From the human T2T-CHM13v2.0 reference genome, Homo sapiens, in the NCBI RefSeq assembly GCF_009914755.1, contig NC_060929.1: DNA of 64,000 bases; one strand, written 5' to 3'. How positions within the stretch are numbered: position 1 is the stretch's first letter; each line of letters begins with the position of its first letter. Of this stretch, positions 52,085 through 64,000 are shown in pieces. The notes below the pieces were generated by a model. It saw nothing but the letters and a program-made list of their open reading frames with translations. It was not told the origin of the DNA and did not search any database. A program made the translations under genes and the position numbers.

Positions 52085-53569
52085 AGGAGCAGAGCTTTTA
52101 ATCCCAGGCCCTATAAGAGAATGTATGCAGTGTCCAGCAGCTGCTAACTAACCAGTAAGTGAAGATTTTCTTATTAGTGAGGTTCTAGGCCCTACATTGG
52201 CCTCATCTCTCATTTCCCTCACTCTGGGGATATACAGCCTCCACTGGCAACCAAGATTGTGAACTTACTGGGTGAGAGTCAGGAAGGAGCCCAGGCTTGG
52301 TGAGATTGAGGATGTGGTATGGAAGGGACCTAATTTTGTGGCTGTGAGAGACCATCTCTAGCTGGCCCTTCAACTGTGGAAATAGAGCAAGAGGGTGAGG
52401 CCTCCGGGAGGCAGTGGCTTGTCCAAGGTTACCTGGTGAACAGACAGCTTCACTCCTCCTCAGCCCCCCAACCCAACCCTTTGGACAACACATCAAGGTC
52501 AGAAGCCTCTGAGGATTAGAATCTCTGGAGAAGGGTGGAGAGGTGTAGAGGGGAAGCAATATTTGTACTAAAGGGAGCTGTCCTGGAGCTCAAACCCACA
52601 CAACCAGACTTGGAATCCTCACCTCCCTTAAGGCTCACCCCCAGCCCCTCCAGCTTCCATCCACCCCTTCCCCGAGCAGCCCCGCCCCTCGAAGAACCTC
52701 GGAACACTGGGGCCTAACCATCTCCCCCCATCCCCCATCTTGAGTGAATGTGCCGAACAAACAGCATTGTTCCCTACACAATGGACACAAAGAACTTCGG
52801 AATTCACAGAATGGTCCTGAATTTCTGCTTCCTTCCCCTCCAAGCCCTAGAGAGATCCATTGTCTGTAAACTCCACTTAAAATATGCACCATAGCTCCAG
52901 CTGGGGAGCCACTTAAGACTTGCGGAAGCTCCTCCTCCCACCCCCACCCGCTGCTTTCCCTCCTTCCTAGCCCTTTCAGAGCTAGGCAGAAAGGAGGGGG
53001 AGCAGCAGCCACCTAGAGTCCCTGATGGAGTCTGAAGCTGGGAACGACCCTGTCCACCCCCAAGTTCCTTAAGTCAGACGCTTATCTCACTGGGTCAGAC
53101 CCAGCACCACTCAGCACCTGGGGCTCCCATTGTTACAGCTGCGTTGGGGTTGAAGGACCTGGTCAGCTGGTGGACTACTAATCACAGAACCTTGATGCTG
53201 ACATGAAGACTCCCTGGGGCACCTCCCTCTATTCTCCTGTCTGCTTACAGACCCCCAAGGACAGGGAACTCACTACCTCCTAAGGCACCTGTTCTACCCC
53301 TGAAACTTCTCATTCTTATAAGACCTTCCTTAGAAGGAACCCCACCCACTTCTCCTTAACAACCCACTTCTTCACCTCCCTGCTCCTATGTTAACATGGT
53401 CTTCCTCTGCAATGTGACAGCCTCGCAGAATTTGAAGGCTGCCAATATATTTTGAATATACTGAATATATTGAATATATTGAACATAGAACACATTTGAA
53501 GGCTGTCAATATATTCCCCTGTATAAAGGGGATACAGATAAGTTACACAGGTAAGATAACAAGCCCTCA

Positions 53570-53866
53570 GGCTGGGAATGTGACTCATGCCTGTAACCGC
53601 AGCACTTTGGGAGGCCAAGGCAGGTGGATCACTTGAGGCTAGGAGTTCAAGGCCAGCCTGTCCAATATGGCGAGACTCTGTCTCTACTAAAAATACAAAA
53701 ATTAGCTTTGTCGTGGTGGCGGGCACCTCTAGTCCCAGCTACTCTGGAGGCTGAAACATGAGAATTGCTTGAACCTGGGAGGCAGAAATTCCAGTGAGCC
53801 AAGATCGGGCCACTCTACTTCAGCCCGGGCAACAGAGCGAGTATGTCTCAAAAAACAAACAAAAAA
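53570..53866 (+). mobile_element. AluS
   Basis: ggctgggaatgtgactcatgcctgtaacc...gtctcaaaaaacaaacaaaaaaa. Confidence 0.93.
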
Positions 53867-54080
53867 ATCTCAGATAACCAGCTTTCCCAGAGGGTTGTAA
53901 TTCTGGTGGGAAGTCAGATACTAATATCAGATAAGATAATGCATAATTACTAAGTAAGATAAGAAGTTGACTATAGGAACTTGGTAATATGAAAGCATCT
54001 AACAAAGGAAACTGATCTAGTGTAGAAGGTAGAAGGGTGACCCACCGTAGGCTTCCTGAGAGCTAATGAAAGTAGGATTT

Positions 54081-54373
54081 GGCCGGGCACACTGGCTCAT
54101 GCCTGTAATCCCAACACTTTGGGAGGCTGAGGTGGGTGGATCACCTGAGGTCATGGGTTCAAGACCACCCTGGCCAACATGGTGAAACCCCATCTCTACT
54201 AAAATACAAAAATTAGCCTGGCATGGTGACACATGCCTGTAGTCCCAGCTACTCAAGAGGCTGAGGCAGAAGAATCACTTGAATCTGGGAGGTGGAGGTT
54301 GTAGTGAACAGAGATTGTGCCACTGGACTCCAGCTTGGGTGACAGAGTGAGACTCCATCTCAAAAAAAAAAAA
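54081..54373 (+). mobile_element. AluSx
   Basis: Full dimeric Alu with poly(A). Confidence 0.95.
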
Positions 54374-54635
54374 GGCCAGGCACGGTGGCTCACGCCTGTA
54401 ATCCCAGCACTTTGGGAGGCCAACGTGGGCAGATCACCTGAGGTCGGGAGTTTGAGACCAGCCTGACCAACATGGAGAAACCCCGTCTCTACTAAAAATG
54501 CAAAATTAGCCGAGTGTGATGGCACATGCCTGTAGTCCCAGCTACTCAGGAGTCTGAGGCAGGAGAATTGCTTGAACCCGGGAGGCAGAGGTTGCGGTGA
54601 GCCGAGATCGTGCCATTGCACTCCAGCCTGGGCAA
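54374..54635 (+). mobile_element. AluSp, in tandem with the preceding Alu
   Basis: AluSp diagnostics gaggtcgggag, cctgaccaacatggagaaaccc, gaggttgcggtg, gggcaagaag. Confidence 0.92.
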
Positions 54636-54769
54636 GAAGAGAAGAGAGAGGAAAGAAGAGAGAGGGGAGGGGAGGGGAGGAGAGGGGAGGGGAGAGGAGA
54701 GGGAAGGAAAAAGAGAAAGAAAGAAAAAAAGAAAGAAAGAAAGGGAAGGAAGGAAAGAAAGAAAGAGAG

Positions 54770-54828
<59 letters not shown>

Positions 54829-54833
54829 AAAAA
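54636..54833 (+). repeat. Pure polypurine tract with (GAAA)n tetranucleotide STR
   Basis: About 200 bp of only A/G, including a long perfect GAAA run (~54771-54830); derived from the Alu tail. Confidence 0.95.
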
Positions 54834-55109
54834 GGATTTAATTCCTGAAAGAGGGGAGGAAACAGTATGCAGGGTGATGGGATCAGACTGTGCAAAGATC
54901 CTGTGGCAGGAGGGAATCCATCTTATTCAAGGACCTGAAGAAGCCAATGGGATTGGATGCCAGTGGGTGGGGTTGTAAGACTGTAGGTCTCAGTGAGGAG
55001 GTTGGCATGATTCTAACAGCAATGGAAAGATACAAATGTGTACGTGCAATAAAAGCTGATTGACATTTGCCTCAGAATGACACAGATTCCTAGAGTCACT
55101 GGCCCAAAG

Positions 55110-55475
55110 CAATTCTTCCGAGCTTTTGCACTTGCTGTGCCCTCTGCCTGGAATGCTCTGTTTCCAGATTTTTTCTGAGGCTGATTTGTTCTCATCATTT
55201 AGGTCTTGACCCAAACCACTCGTCCTAAAGGAGCTCCCTCTACATGCACTGTTGCTCTCTATCCCTTTATCTTGTTTTATTATTTTTACAGCACTTTCAC
55301 GATCTAAAACTAAATTGTTAATTTCTTTGCTTTACTGTTACTCTTTCCACTCGCTAGAAAAAAAGCTCAGTATGGGCAGGAATTTTGCCTTAGCGACTAC
55401 CACATTCTAGCATCGGCATTGTGCTAGCCCACAGTAGGGCCTCAATAAATAATAAATGAACAAATGAATGAATTA
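55110..55475 (+). mobile_element. L2 3' fragment
   Basis: ttttgcacttgctgtgccctctgcctggaatgctct...cagtagggcctcaataaataataaatgaacaaatgaatgaa. Confidence 0.85.
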
Positions 55476-56239
55476 CTGAATACACACCAAGATAAAAGGG
55501 CCAGTATTTACCCACAAACATACACATATAAATGTATGGTTATTCATGGGCAAGTGCATGAGTACCCACGGTGACTCAGAGATCTCCCTCGTCCACAAGG
55601 ACCACCTCTCAAGGGGCCTTTTAGGCAATCCAGAGCCTGTACAGTTCATTGCCCTAGTCTAGCTAATCAATATACACCTCCTCTGGCTGGATGAGGACCT
55701 CCACAAGCAGACCTGTCTCAGGTCAGCCATTGGTTAATCAAAGACGAGGGTGGAATTTAAAGTGCCCTATGGAGGGGCAGTGAAAACAGATTGATCCATG
55801 TGGCCTGGACACAGTAAAACCCCTTACAGGCTCCATTTATTTCCCACCTCTCATCTCCCCTCTCCTCCTGGGGCCCCAGCCCATCTTCCACTGCTCCCCA
55901 TTTCCCACTCTACTGGAAGTGGCTGAACCAGGCATTGTGTGGGACTCAGGACAAATAGATTAGAATTTAGTGGTGTTTTACAGGGTTTGGGAATTTGACT
56001 AGGTGGGCAACATTTTAAACAAGCATTTATTGTCTTAGCAAGTACCTACTAAGTGCAAAGCTTGGCTAGGGACTGCCAGATTCATTACATAATAGCTGAT
56101 TCAGGGCAGACTGTGAAAAATGATTTAGTCAGAAACCCTAAAGGTGGAATCCCTGTGTTCCCAAGGTACATGTCAGAGTGGGACACAGTTAATTCCCAGT
56201 TGGGGAGCTCTGGGATAGCTTACTAGAGTATCATTCTAA

Positions 56240-56460
56240 ATAACTACCACTTTAATAGAGCACTTACTGTGTAAGCACATTTTACATGTGACCTTTCTGA
56301 TTTAATCCTCACTCTTAAGCCTCTGGGTATGTGTGATTGCTATTATTATCCCATTTACAGATGGGGAGACTAAGGCTCAGGGAGGATTAAGCGAGTTGCC
56401 CAAATTTTCCACAGCTATTAAGCGGCAGAGTAGATTTTCAAGCTCAAGAGGAGACGCCAG
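56240..56460 (-). mobile_element. MIR SINE
   Basis: gagcacttactgtg...tttaatcctcac...cccatttacagatggggagactaaggctcagggagg. Confidence 0.8.
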
Positions 56461-56628
56461 AGTCCCTGCTCTGGGACCCCACCATGACAATGGCTATAGC
56501 TGTGCCTTGACGCAAAGGTAGGACTTACTTAGGTGGGAAGAGAGGAGAAGTCCATTCTAGGAAGAGGACACAGTTTGAGAAAAAGCTGATAGGCAACGGT
56601 GCCAGAAGTTTTTCTGTGTGTGTATGGA

Positions 56629-56931
56629 TTTTGTTTGTTTGTTTGTTTGAGACTGAGTTTCGCTCTGTGGCCCAGGCTAGAGTGCAGTGGCGCGATCTCA
56701 GCTCACTGTAACCTCCGCCTCCCAGGTTAAAACGATTCTCCTGCCTCAGCCTCCTGCGTAGCTGGGATTACAGGCATGCGCCACCATGCCCGGCTAATTT
56801 TTTGTATGTTTAATAGAGTCAGGGTTTCACCATGTTGGCCAGACTGGTCTCCAACTCTTGACCTCAAGTGATCCGTCCGCCTCGGCCTCCCAACGTGCTG
56901 GGATTACAGGCATGAGCCACCGCGCCCAGCC
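56629..56931 (-). mobile_element. AluS
   Basis: (TTTG)n tail, antisense Alu ending gagccaccgcgcccagcc. Confidence 0.95.
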
Positions 56932-56960
56932 TAGATGTTTTTTAAAACTTTCTGGTAGCT

Positions 56961-57333
<373 letters not shown>

Positions 57334-59174
57334 CTATTGCTGACTTTTTTCTCTATCTGGTCTTTAGGATATTAGCCCCAGGATGGATTCTTGCCCTGGG
57401 TGTGTCTTTCTCTAGTTCCCAAACAGAATTTTATCCAAAGGTGGATGATAGGGGGTGAGGGTGCAGTATTTTTGGTGAACTGGTCTTCTCCCTACCCTGG
57501 CTGGGATGGGGGCCACTTGGGGACACTTTCCAGGCCCAGCTGGTCCTCTGCCCATCTGCATCCCTGCCTCCTGACTCATTTCATTCCAACCAATAGAGTC
57601 TTAGCATGCAAATTTAATGAATAGGCAAAGAAATGATTGGCTCATTTTCCCTGATGTAATAATGCCACTATTCAAGTAACTCCTATGAACCCTACCCCCA
57701 CCCCAGTTCAGGGCATTTGATCATGTTCTGGCAAGAATCCCCAACTCCTGTTTTCCCTTTTTCTCCCCATTCTGAGTTAGCAAATCACTTCAAAATGCCC
57801 GACTCATCTCTCCAGGGGTGGGATGTCTGGAGGGCCAGGAAGCCACCCTTAGGCCTGAACCACTGCCATCTTTCTGGGAGGCCCCTTATGCCTCTGCGGA
57901 CTGTGGGTAGCATCAAATCCAGGATAACAGAGCCCATTTACTAAGACGTTTTGCGAGAATCCATGTCCAAAGGCTTCCTGAAACCAAACCCCAGCATATC
58001 GGCTGTTCCTTTCAGCCCCTAATTTAGTAATTCTATTGAGAAAAAGAGATTGTGGGTTTTTTTATTTGGTGTGATTTATTCTTTATCATATAAATAATAA
58101 TAATTTACACAAAGCTCATCCCCAAACAGAAGAGAATCTGTACATAAAAATAAACAAAAATTAAACTGAGCTGGGCCTGGTGCCCAGAAAACCAGCCAAT
58201 TCCAAACACAACCAGGGGGAACAAATTCTCCAGGTCCTGGGAGCTCTGGGGCCTTGGCTGGAATTCTGGGTGGAGACTCTGGTCCGGGAAGCCATTGCCC
58301 TCTTTCCTGTACATCCTGTGCCGGATGATGGCACCTCTGGCAGCCAACACTCATGGACAGCCAACCAGCAAGCTCACTGGGTTGGGAGGTGGGTGGGACT
58401 TGAGCTTAAGGGAAGAATCAGTTTTAAAACTCCTGGGCAGTGTTGCTTGCTTCTGGCTTCCCCAGGGGCTGTGAGAGATACTGTGGCTGGGGAGATGGGT
58501 GTTGGCCACCATCCAAAGGGGTGGAAGCTGCCTATGGCTCCATCTTTCTCCTGTAGCTCCTTAGAGGCATGAGTTGGACAGAGTACCCACTGGTCTTCTT
58601 TTCCCTTGGAGCTCTAGCTCCCTCTCTGGAGGCTCGTTATTTCTTATAGATATTGAAAGATGACAAGCAATCTTCTTGGCCATTGATTAATTTCCCTCAG
58701 CAGGCACTCTTTGGCTGTTCGAAACTTCTCCTTCACCACCTCCATCTTATTGCAGAAAAATCTCTTAAGAAGAAGACTGCCTTCCACATTCTGGTTTCGT
58801 ACCTTTACTTACAAAGGGAGGAGTATATGTGGCTTAAACTGCTGTTTGGTTTGACTGTAAGCCCCATCCTCCCATCCCAAGGCAGGGGTTAGATCTGCAT
58901 TGGTCTATAGGTACACAGTCATTTGCAATTAGAGACTTTATAAATGGTGAAGTTGATCATGATAGTGAACGCGATAAGGCTAAGATGGTGATGGAGAAGA
59001 TAAAAGGAAAAGGGATTTTGATAGCAGTGCTGAGCCTGCCCTTGTGTCTGGGGTGATTATCTGGCTTAGCCTGAAATGAGAAATTGTGAAGGTGGTGGTG
59101 AAAGCTAAGGACAGGAGAAGAGGAAAGTGAAGGTAAATGTGTCCAGGTACAGGTGAAGCTTCCAGAGAAGAGAG

Positions 59175-59370
59175 GTAGCACAGCCCAGTGGTTAGGAGTC
59201 TAGATTCTGGGGCAGGACATTCTGGTTTCAAATTCTAGCTCGACCACATACTAGCTTAGGGAAGTATTTAACCTCTCTGAGCCTCAGCCTCCCCAGCTGT
59301 AAAATGGGAATCATAACAGTACCTGCCTCAGAGGGTGGCTCATGGTAAGCGCTGTATGAGCATGTGCAAC
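59175..59370 (+). mobile_element. MIR SINE
   Basis: cccagtggttaggagtctagattctgg...tttaacctctctgagcctcagcctccccagctgtaaaatgggaatcataacagtacctgcctcagaggg. Confidence 0.88.
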
Positions 59371-60479
59371 CTAAGGTATAGGTGGGGTTACAGTTACAGC
59401 CAGAGGAAGGGCCACAAAGCACAGCAAGCAGCACTGGGAAGATTCAGGAGATCTCGATCAGGCCCCATCACAGTCCTGTGTGACTTTCCCCATCTGGGCC
59501 TCAGGTGCCTTGTCAAAGGAGAGTTGAAGTAAATAATATTCAGCCCTCAGAAAGTCCCCTTGGGCAGCAAAGCTCTGTATGCATGACTGGTAATTGTCCT
59601 GTGGGAACATCCAGCCCCAGAAAGGACTCTACAAGTCTTTAGGTCCAGGTGTAGATTCAGCAGGCATGCTTGTGTCAGGGGTCAAACCGAGGGAGTTGCT
59701 GAGCCCGTTGAAACAGCCTCCTTTTAGGGGTAATAGAAAGATGAGAGGTGAGTTCTTGCCTGGGAGAGGAGGCTCCAGCTGTCCCTCTCTCCAAGGAAGC
59801 TGCTGGGCTCCAAAGTACAGCCTGATGGGGCTGAGCCGCCGATCCTGGTTGTACTGTGACTGCAGCCATGTTGGCATCTGCTCCCAAGTTTGGGCACATG
59901 AGGGGTTTCACTACCAGAACCAGCCTTTTCCAGTTCTGCCCCTTGTTTGCATTCTTGAGTTTTTTCCTACCCCCTGGGGTTAAAGGACAGGAGGGATAGA
60001 AAGGGCACTCATGCCCTGTGCCAAATTAAATCTTTATAGACCCCCTTCTCTAGGCCTTGTCTAAGGATGTCAGAGCCCTCTAAAGTCCCCCAAGCCAACA
60101 GGAGGCTATCAGAGGCTGCAGGGCAGGAACTGGCCACAGGATGTTTTCCTTTTATTCTGCCCTAGAAGAAACCCGGCTTCAGGTTCATTGCTCCCTGAAA
60201 ATCAGGGGTAAGGAATGGAGTTTGGCCTTCAGTACCCAGGGGGCTTCATCAGTCCCTCACCTCTTCTCCTGACAAGCCCTTCAGCCACTCTTCCACCTGA
60301 AGGAGGGAGAAGAGCCCTGCTGTGTCCTGAATTCCAATCCTGGGAACTGTCACTCACATGGTCTCTGGTCCCAGCCTGAATTTAATCCAAGAGCGGAGGC
60401 CTGCCTGGTCCCAATCAACCTAGGCACGGGGGATCATGGGCTATGTGTGTGCATTTGGTTGGTGCTTAGAAGATATAAT

Positions 60480-60685
60480 ACAAATATTAGCAATCCACTT
60501 GAACTCTTACTCTGTCAGGCTTTACGCTAGATGTTCCACATGCATCACTTTACTGAATCCTTATTTCAGAGTAAGAAACAGGCTCAGAGAAGTTAGGTCA
60601 CTTATTCAAGGTCACACAGTTAGAAAGCTTCAGAGTCTAGATTTGTGGACCTCTCTGATTCCAAAGGCTGTGCTCTTATTCACTG
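60480..60685 (-). mobile_element. MIR SINE
   Basis: gaaacaggctcagagaagttaggtcacttattcaaggtcacacagttagaaag. Confidence 0.7.
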
Positions 60686-61524
60686 AGCTTTGCAACATGT
60701 ACCTGGATGAACATGAGGTCTCCCGCCTGACACTCAGTTTACTAACAATGTGTGCTGAGGACAGTGTAGTGGGCCAAGGGGGGCCACCCTCAGGCCTCAG
60801 ATCCACCTGCCCACCCATGATCTCCTGTCTACCTAAGAGTGTCCAGGGATACTCCCAGAAAAGCTGGAACAGAGACCAGAGCCATGCCGATGCCTCAAGG
60901 AGGCAGCCAAGTCTTTGCTGAGTCTGCAAATCCTCATCTCTAGGCCCCCCATGAGCTCGTTTTGAGAACTCCCCCAATACCTCTCCCAGCCCCTGCTCCC
61001 TCCATCAAAGTGACCCTCCAACCCCTCTTTCTTTTCTCTCCTACCTCCAAAGTATTCCCTGCAGCACCCCCAGGTTCCCTTCTTCCTGAAGCCCAGACCT
61101 GTAGGGTTAGACTGGTCCAGCCTGCAAATCTCCCAGTTGAGCTTCTTTTTGGGGTCACAGCTTCAGAAGCATCTCTGCATCTTGCCTGTACTTTGATAAA
61201 TCGTATGAAAACCTGAGTCTCTTCGCTTCTTCTCTGGAACCCCCTCCTCCCTGCAACTTCTCTCTGCTCAGCAGCTGCACAATGCAGTCAGAGGGAAGGG
61301 GGTGGACTGGCAGAAACCAGCTTGTTTCTGAGGCTGGAAAACAGAACTGTAGGAAATTAACAGGCTGAGAAATGTCTGCTCGGCTCTGCATTTGTTTTGC
61401 ACCCTCAGTCTTTCTCTCTGCAGCTCTCTCCTCCTGCCCCTGCCCCTCTCCCACTCCCTGCCGCTCAGTGTGGGCACCTGGGGCTTGGCGGCTCTGTGTC
61501 TGGGCCTTGCAGGAAGGTGCATCT

Positions 61525-61577
61525 TCGTGTGTGTGTGGGAGTGTGTGCATGTGTGTGTGTGTTTCTCTGTGTGTGTT
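61525..61577. repeat. Degenerate (GT)n tract
   Basis: Interrupted GT repeats. Confidence 0.8.
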
Positions 61578-63169
61578 TAGGGATGGCAGACCTGCCCCTC
61601 CTTCAGAGGCAGCTTAGCCAGAAACGCCAGCGGCAGAGACAACTGTGCGGGTGGGGATGCTGAGCGCAGAGCCGGCAGAGCCCGCGGGCAGGCAGAGAAG
61701 CACCACACAAGAAATTGATTCCATTAAAAAGTAATCTTAAATTTAATAAAAGTTATGATTTGTTTATAGCCACAGAACCTACAGGCAAGAGGGAAGGGGG
61801 GTAGATTCTAGTGATGGATAAACAGAAAGAAAAAAAAAATAAGAGAGGGGGAGGGGAGGAGTGAGAGATGCTTAGGTTTGGATGGATGAGAGGATGGAAA
61901 GACCTGGGGGTGGGGAACGAGACCATTTTCTCTCCCTCAGATGGAAGAAAAAAGCCTGTGGCTGGATTCCAAAGAGGAAGCAAGAGTGAGGAGTGAGTGA
62001 GGAGATTCAAGGAGCTCTCGGGAGATGGAGCTGTTGGAGGGGGCTGGGGACATGCAGGCACGGCCTGGGAGAGGCAGATGTGCAGGAGGGACGGTCTGGA
62101 GCCCTGGGAGGGCAGGTAAGGAACGCAAAGCACCCATTCAGCAGTCAGACAGGCAGTCCTGGGTTTCCACTCCAAGTCAACCTCTTCCTAGCAGTGTAAC
62201 TTGACTTCTCAGATCTTCATCCTTTTCATTGGCCAAATGGAGCCACAGAGATAGTGCCTACCTAACGAGGTGGTCGTGAGAATGAATGAAATTGTACAGG
62301 TGCATCTCCTGGGTGCCCAGTAAAGGACAGCTCCCTTCCTGACCCTCCCCGGATGGAGGTCATTACCCCAACACTGCCCCCTCCTGTTTATTTGCAAGCA
62401 ATGGCCAATCCTACTCCTTTCTTTTATTCTTTTTGCAATGGAGGGGACTGAGTGGCCTTCATCTCCAATCTCAATCTGGAGGCTGGTTCTCCTGGGTAGT
62501 CGCATACTTTGTCCTTTGCCCACCTCTCTAGAGCATGAAGAGGGCATGGGCAAGGCGCTCTAGAGCCCACTTCCACTATGAGCTAAGGGACCATCTAGGG
62601 GACACATTCCCTCGCCTAATCTGCCACCCCCTACCCTGCTTTTTCTCTCTCCCTCAGCCTAGAATCATGTGTAAACACAGAGCTGAAATTCTCCTGACCC
62701 CTGAGAAGTGTCCCTTGGGTGAGACTGCCCAGGTACAGCCCCTTGGCCACCATAATCAGGTCCTGTTGGGTAAAACATTTGGCTTTCAGGCAAGTCTCCT
62801 GTTGTTCCTTCCAATGAGCCTGGGCCCTGTCTCTAGGCCGGCTGGGAGGGAGCTAGGACCTGCAGAGTCAGCACCAGAACTGGTGATTGGGGCCTAGGCA
62901 GGAAGCCAGGACATCACTGTGAGATGCTATGTGAGGCGAGAGCCAGAAGATCTCAGCTATCCCAGAGTCCAGGGACTGAGAACCAGGAAAAATCGTCACT
63001 GCAACAGGAGTCTCCTGGGGAAGCAATAAATCATTCTGAGGATAACACGGCCAGTTCTACTCAGTCATCTCCTCCTACCTGGGCTGCTTCTAGCAAAGTA
63101 CCTCCACCTGAGTTCACTCTTGCCTCATGGCATGTTAAAGGCACCTGCTGGTTGGAGACATTGAGGAAG

Positions 63170-63320
63170 ACAGGACAGGTGGTATTAGCATCTTCATTTT
63201 ACTGATGAAGAAACCGAGGTCAGAAAGGGAAAGCTACTGTCCCCAGGCCACACAGCATGTAATATATGGAGGTGGAACTGAAAGCAAGCATTTAGACTCT
63301 GGATAAAGGCACCACAGCCT
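63170..63320 (-). mobile_element. MIR fragment
   Basis: catcttcattttactgatgaagaaaccgaggtcagaaaggg...caggccacacagc. Confidence 0.65.
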
Positions 63321-64000
63321 ACCCTACTGAGTGTCACTCATCATGGCTACATGTACTGGAGGCCTTGTCACCACTGCTACCACCATGCTGCTTAGCTCCC
63401 CCTTTTTTTTGCCAGTATCACCACCTCGGGCCCCATCACAGCGGCTGCTGGGCTCACACACACATCCTCTTCCAGGAAGGGCAGCCCAGTCTGGGATTCT
63501 CATGTCCTGTGTGGTTTCCAGAAGAAAGAAACTATAGCCCTGAAGGTGGGGCAGTGGCCTACAGACAGTGGAGCACAGTGACCTGCAGCTAAGAGGCTCT
63601 TGGCATTGCTGAGGGTCTGGCTGGGACTATGGATGCAATCTGGCCACCACCTCCAAAGGATTTCCAGACCTCTCCCGCTGAACCAAGACACGGAGATGGA
63701 TAGGCCATCCTGGGTAGGGACCTCCAGTGGGGCACCCTGCTGCTTCCCTCACACTCATGCTGTGTGTCCAAGACAGAAATGCCACCCTGCTGCCCGACCT
63801 CAGTCTGTCTGATGTCTGTTTTCTGGTTCTATTCTCTGCGAAGAGACCAGTCTAGCCACTCCCTGTGTAAAAGCCAGCCACCCTCCTCTTGTTGAGGAGG
63901 ATTCTCTTTCTCCTCTTCTGCAGAGACTGAGGCATGGAGGGCAGTGTCTGGGATGAAGGGATCATTTAGGAAGAGGTCCTCCAGTAAGGTCTGATCTCTA

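Noticed and set aside
54542-54978. Lys/Glu/Arg-rich and Phe/Leu/Ser-rich ORFs
   Set aside because: Translations of the (GAAA)n and polypurine repeat.

Overview
This is primate (human-like) genomic DNA, GC-rich and dense in interspersed repeats: about 19 Alu/FLAM copies, many MIR and L2 fragments, L3/CR1 tails, hAT DNA-transposon fossils (MER1B, MER5, MER20, an ORSL-like element) and two MaLR LTRs. I recognise no protein-coding exon, tRNA, rRNA or snRNA. The supplied ORFs look like chance ORFs in GC-rich, Alu or microsatellite sequence. I could not identify the locus. The window reads as intergenic or intronic regulatory DNA, with several AT-rich homeobox-motif islands, a small CpG-rich promoter-like region (RFX-like site plus CCAAT, ~47.8-48.2 kb), candidate non-coding exons on +, and a candidate poly(A) end on - (~58.05 kb). 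Two observations stand out. (1) At ~29.73-30.05 kb there is a frameshifted fossil of a LINE APE-endonuclease N-terminus that resembles fish/reptile-type L1 more than mammalian L1. (2) There are several fixed locally templated insertion scars: an inverted 36-bp copy flanked by a 15-bp duplication at 9.75 kb, a 153-bp copy next to a perfect 16-bp hairpin at 14.7 kb, and a reiterated 9-mer between 22-bp repeats at 53.4 kb. I see no evidence of a new multi-gene system. Repeat family names come from recalled consensus motifs, and the boundaries of old repeats are approximate.
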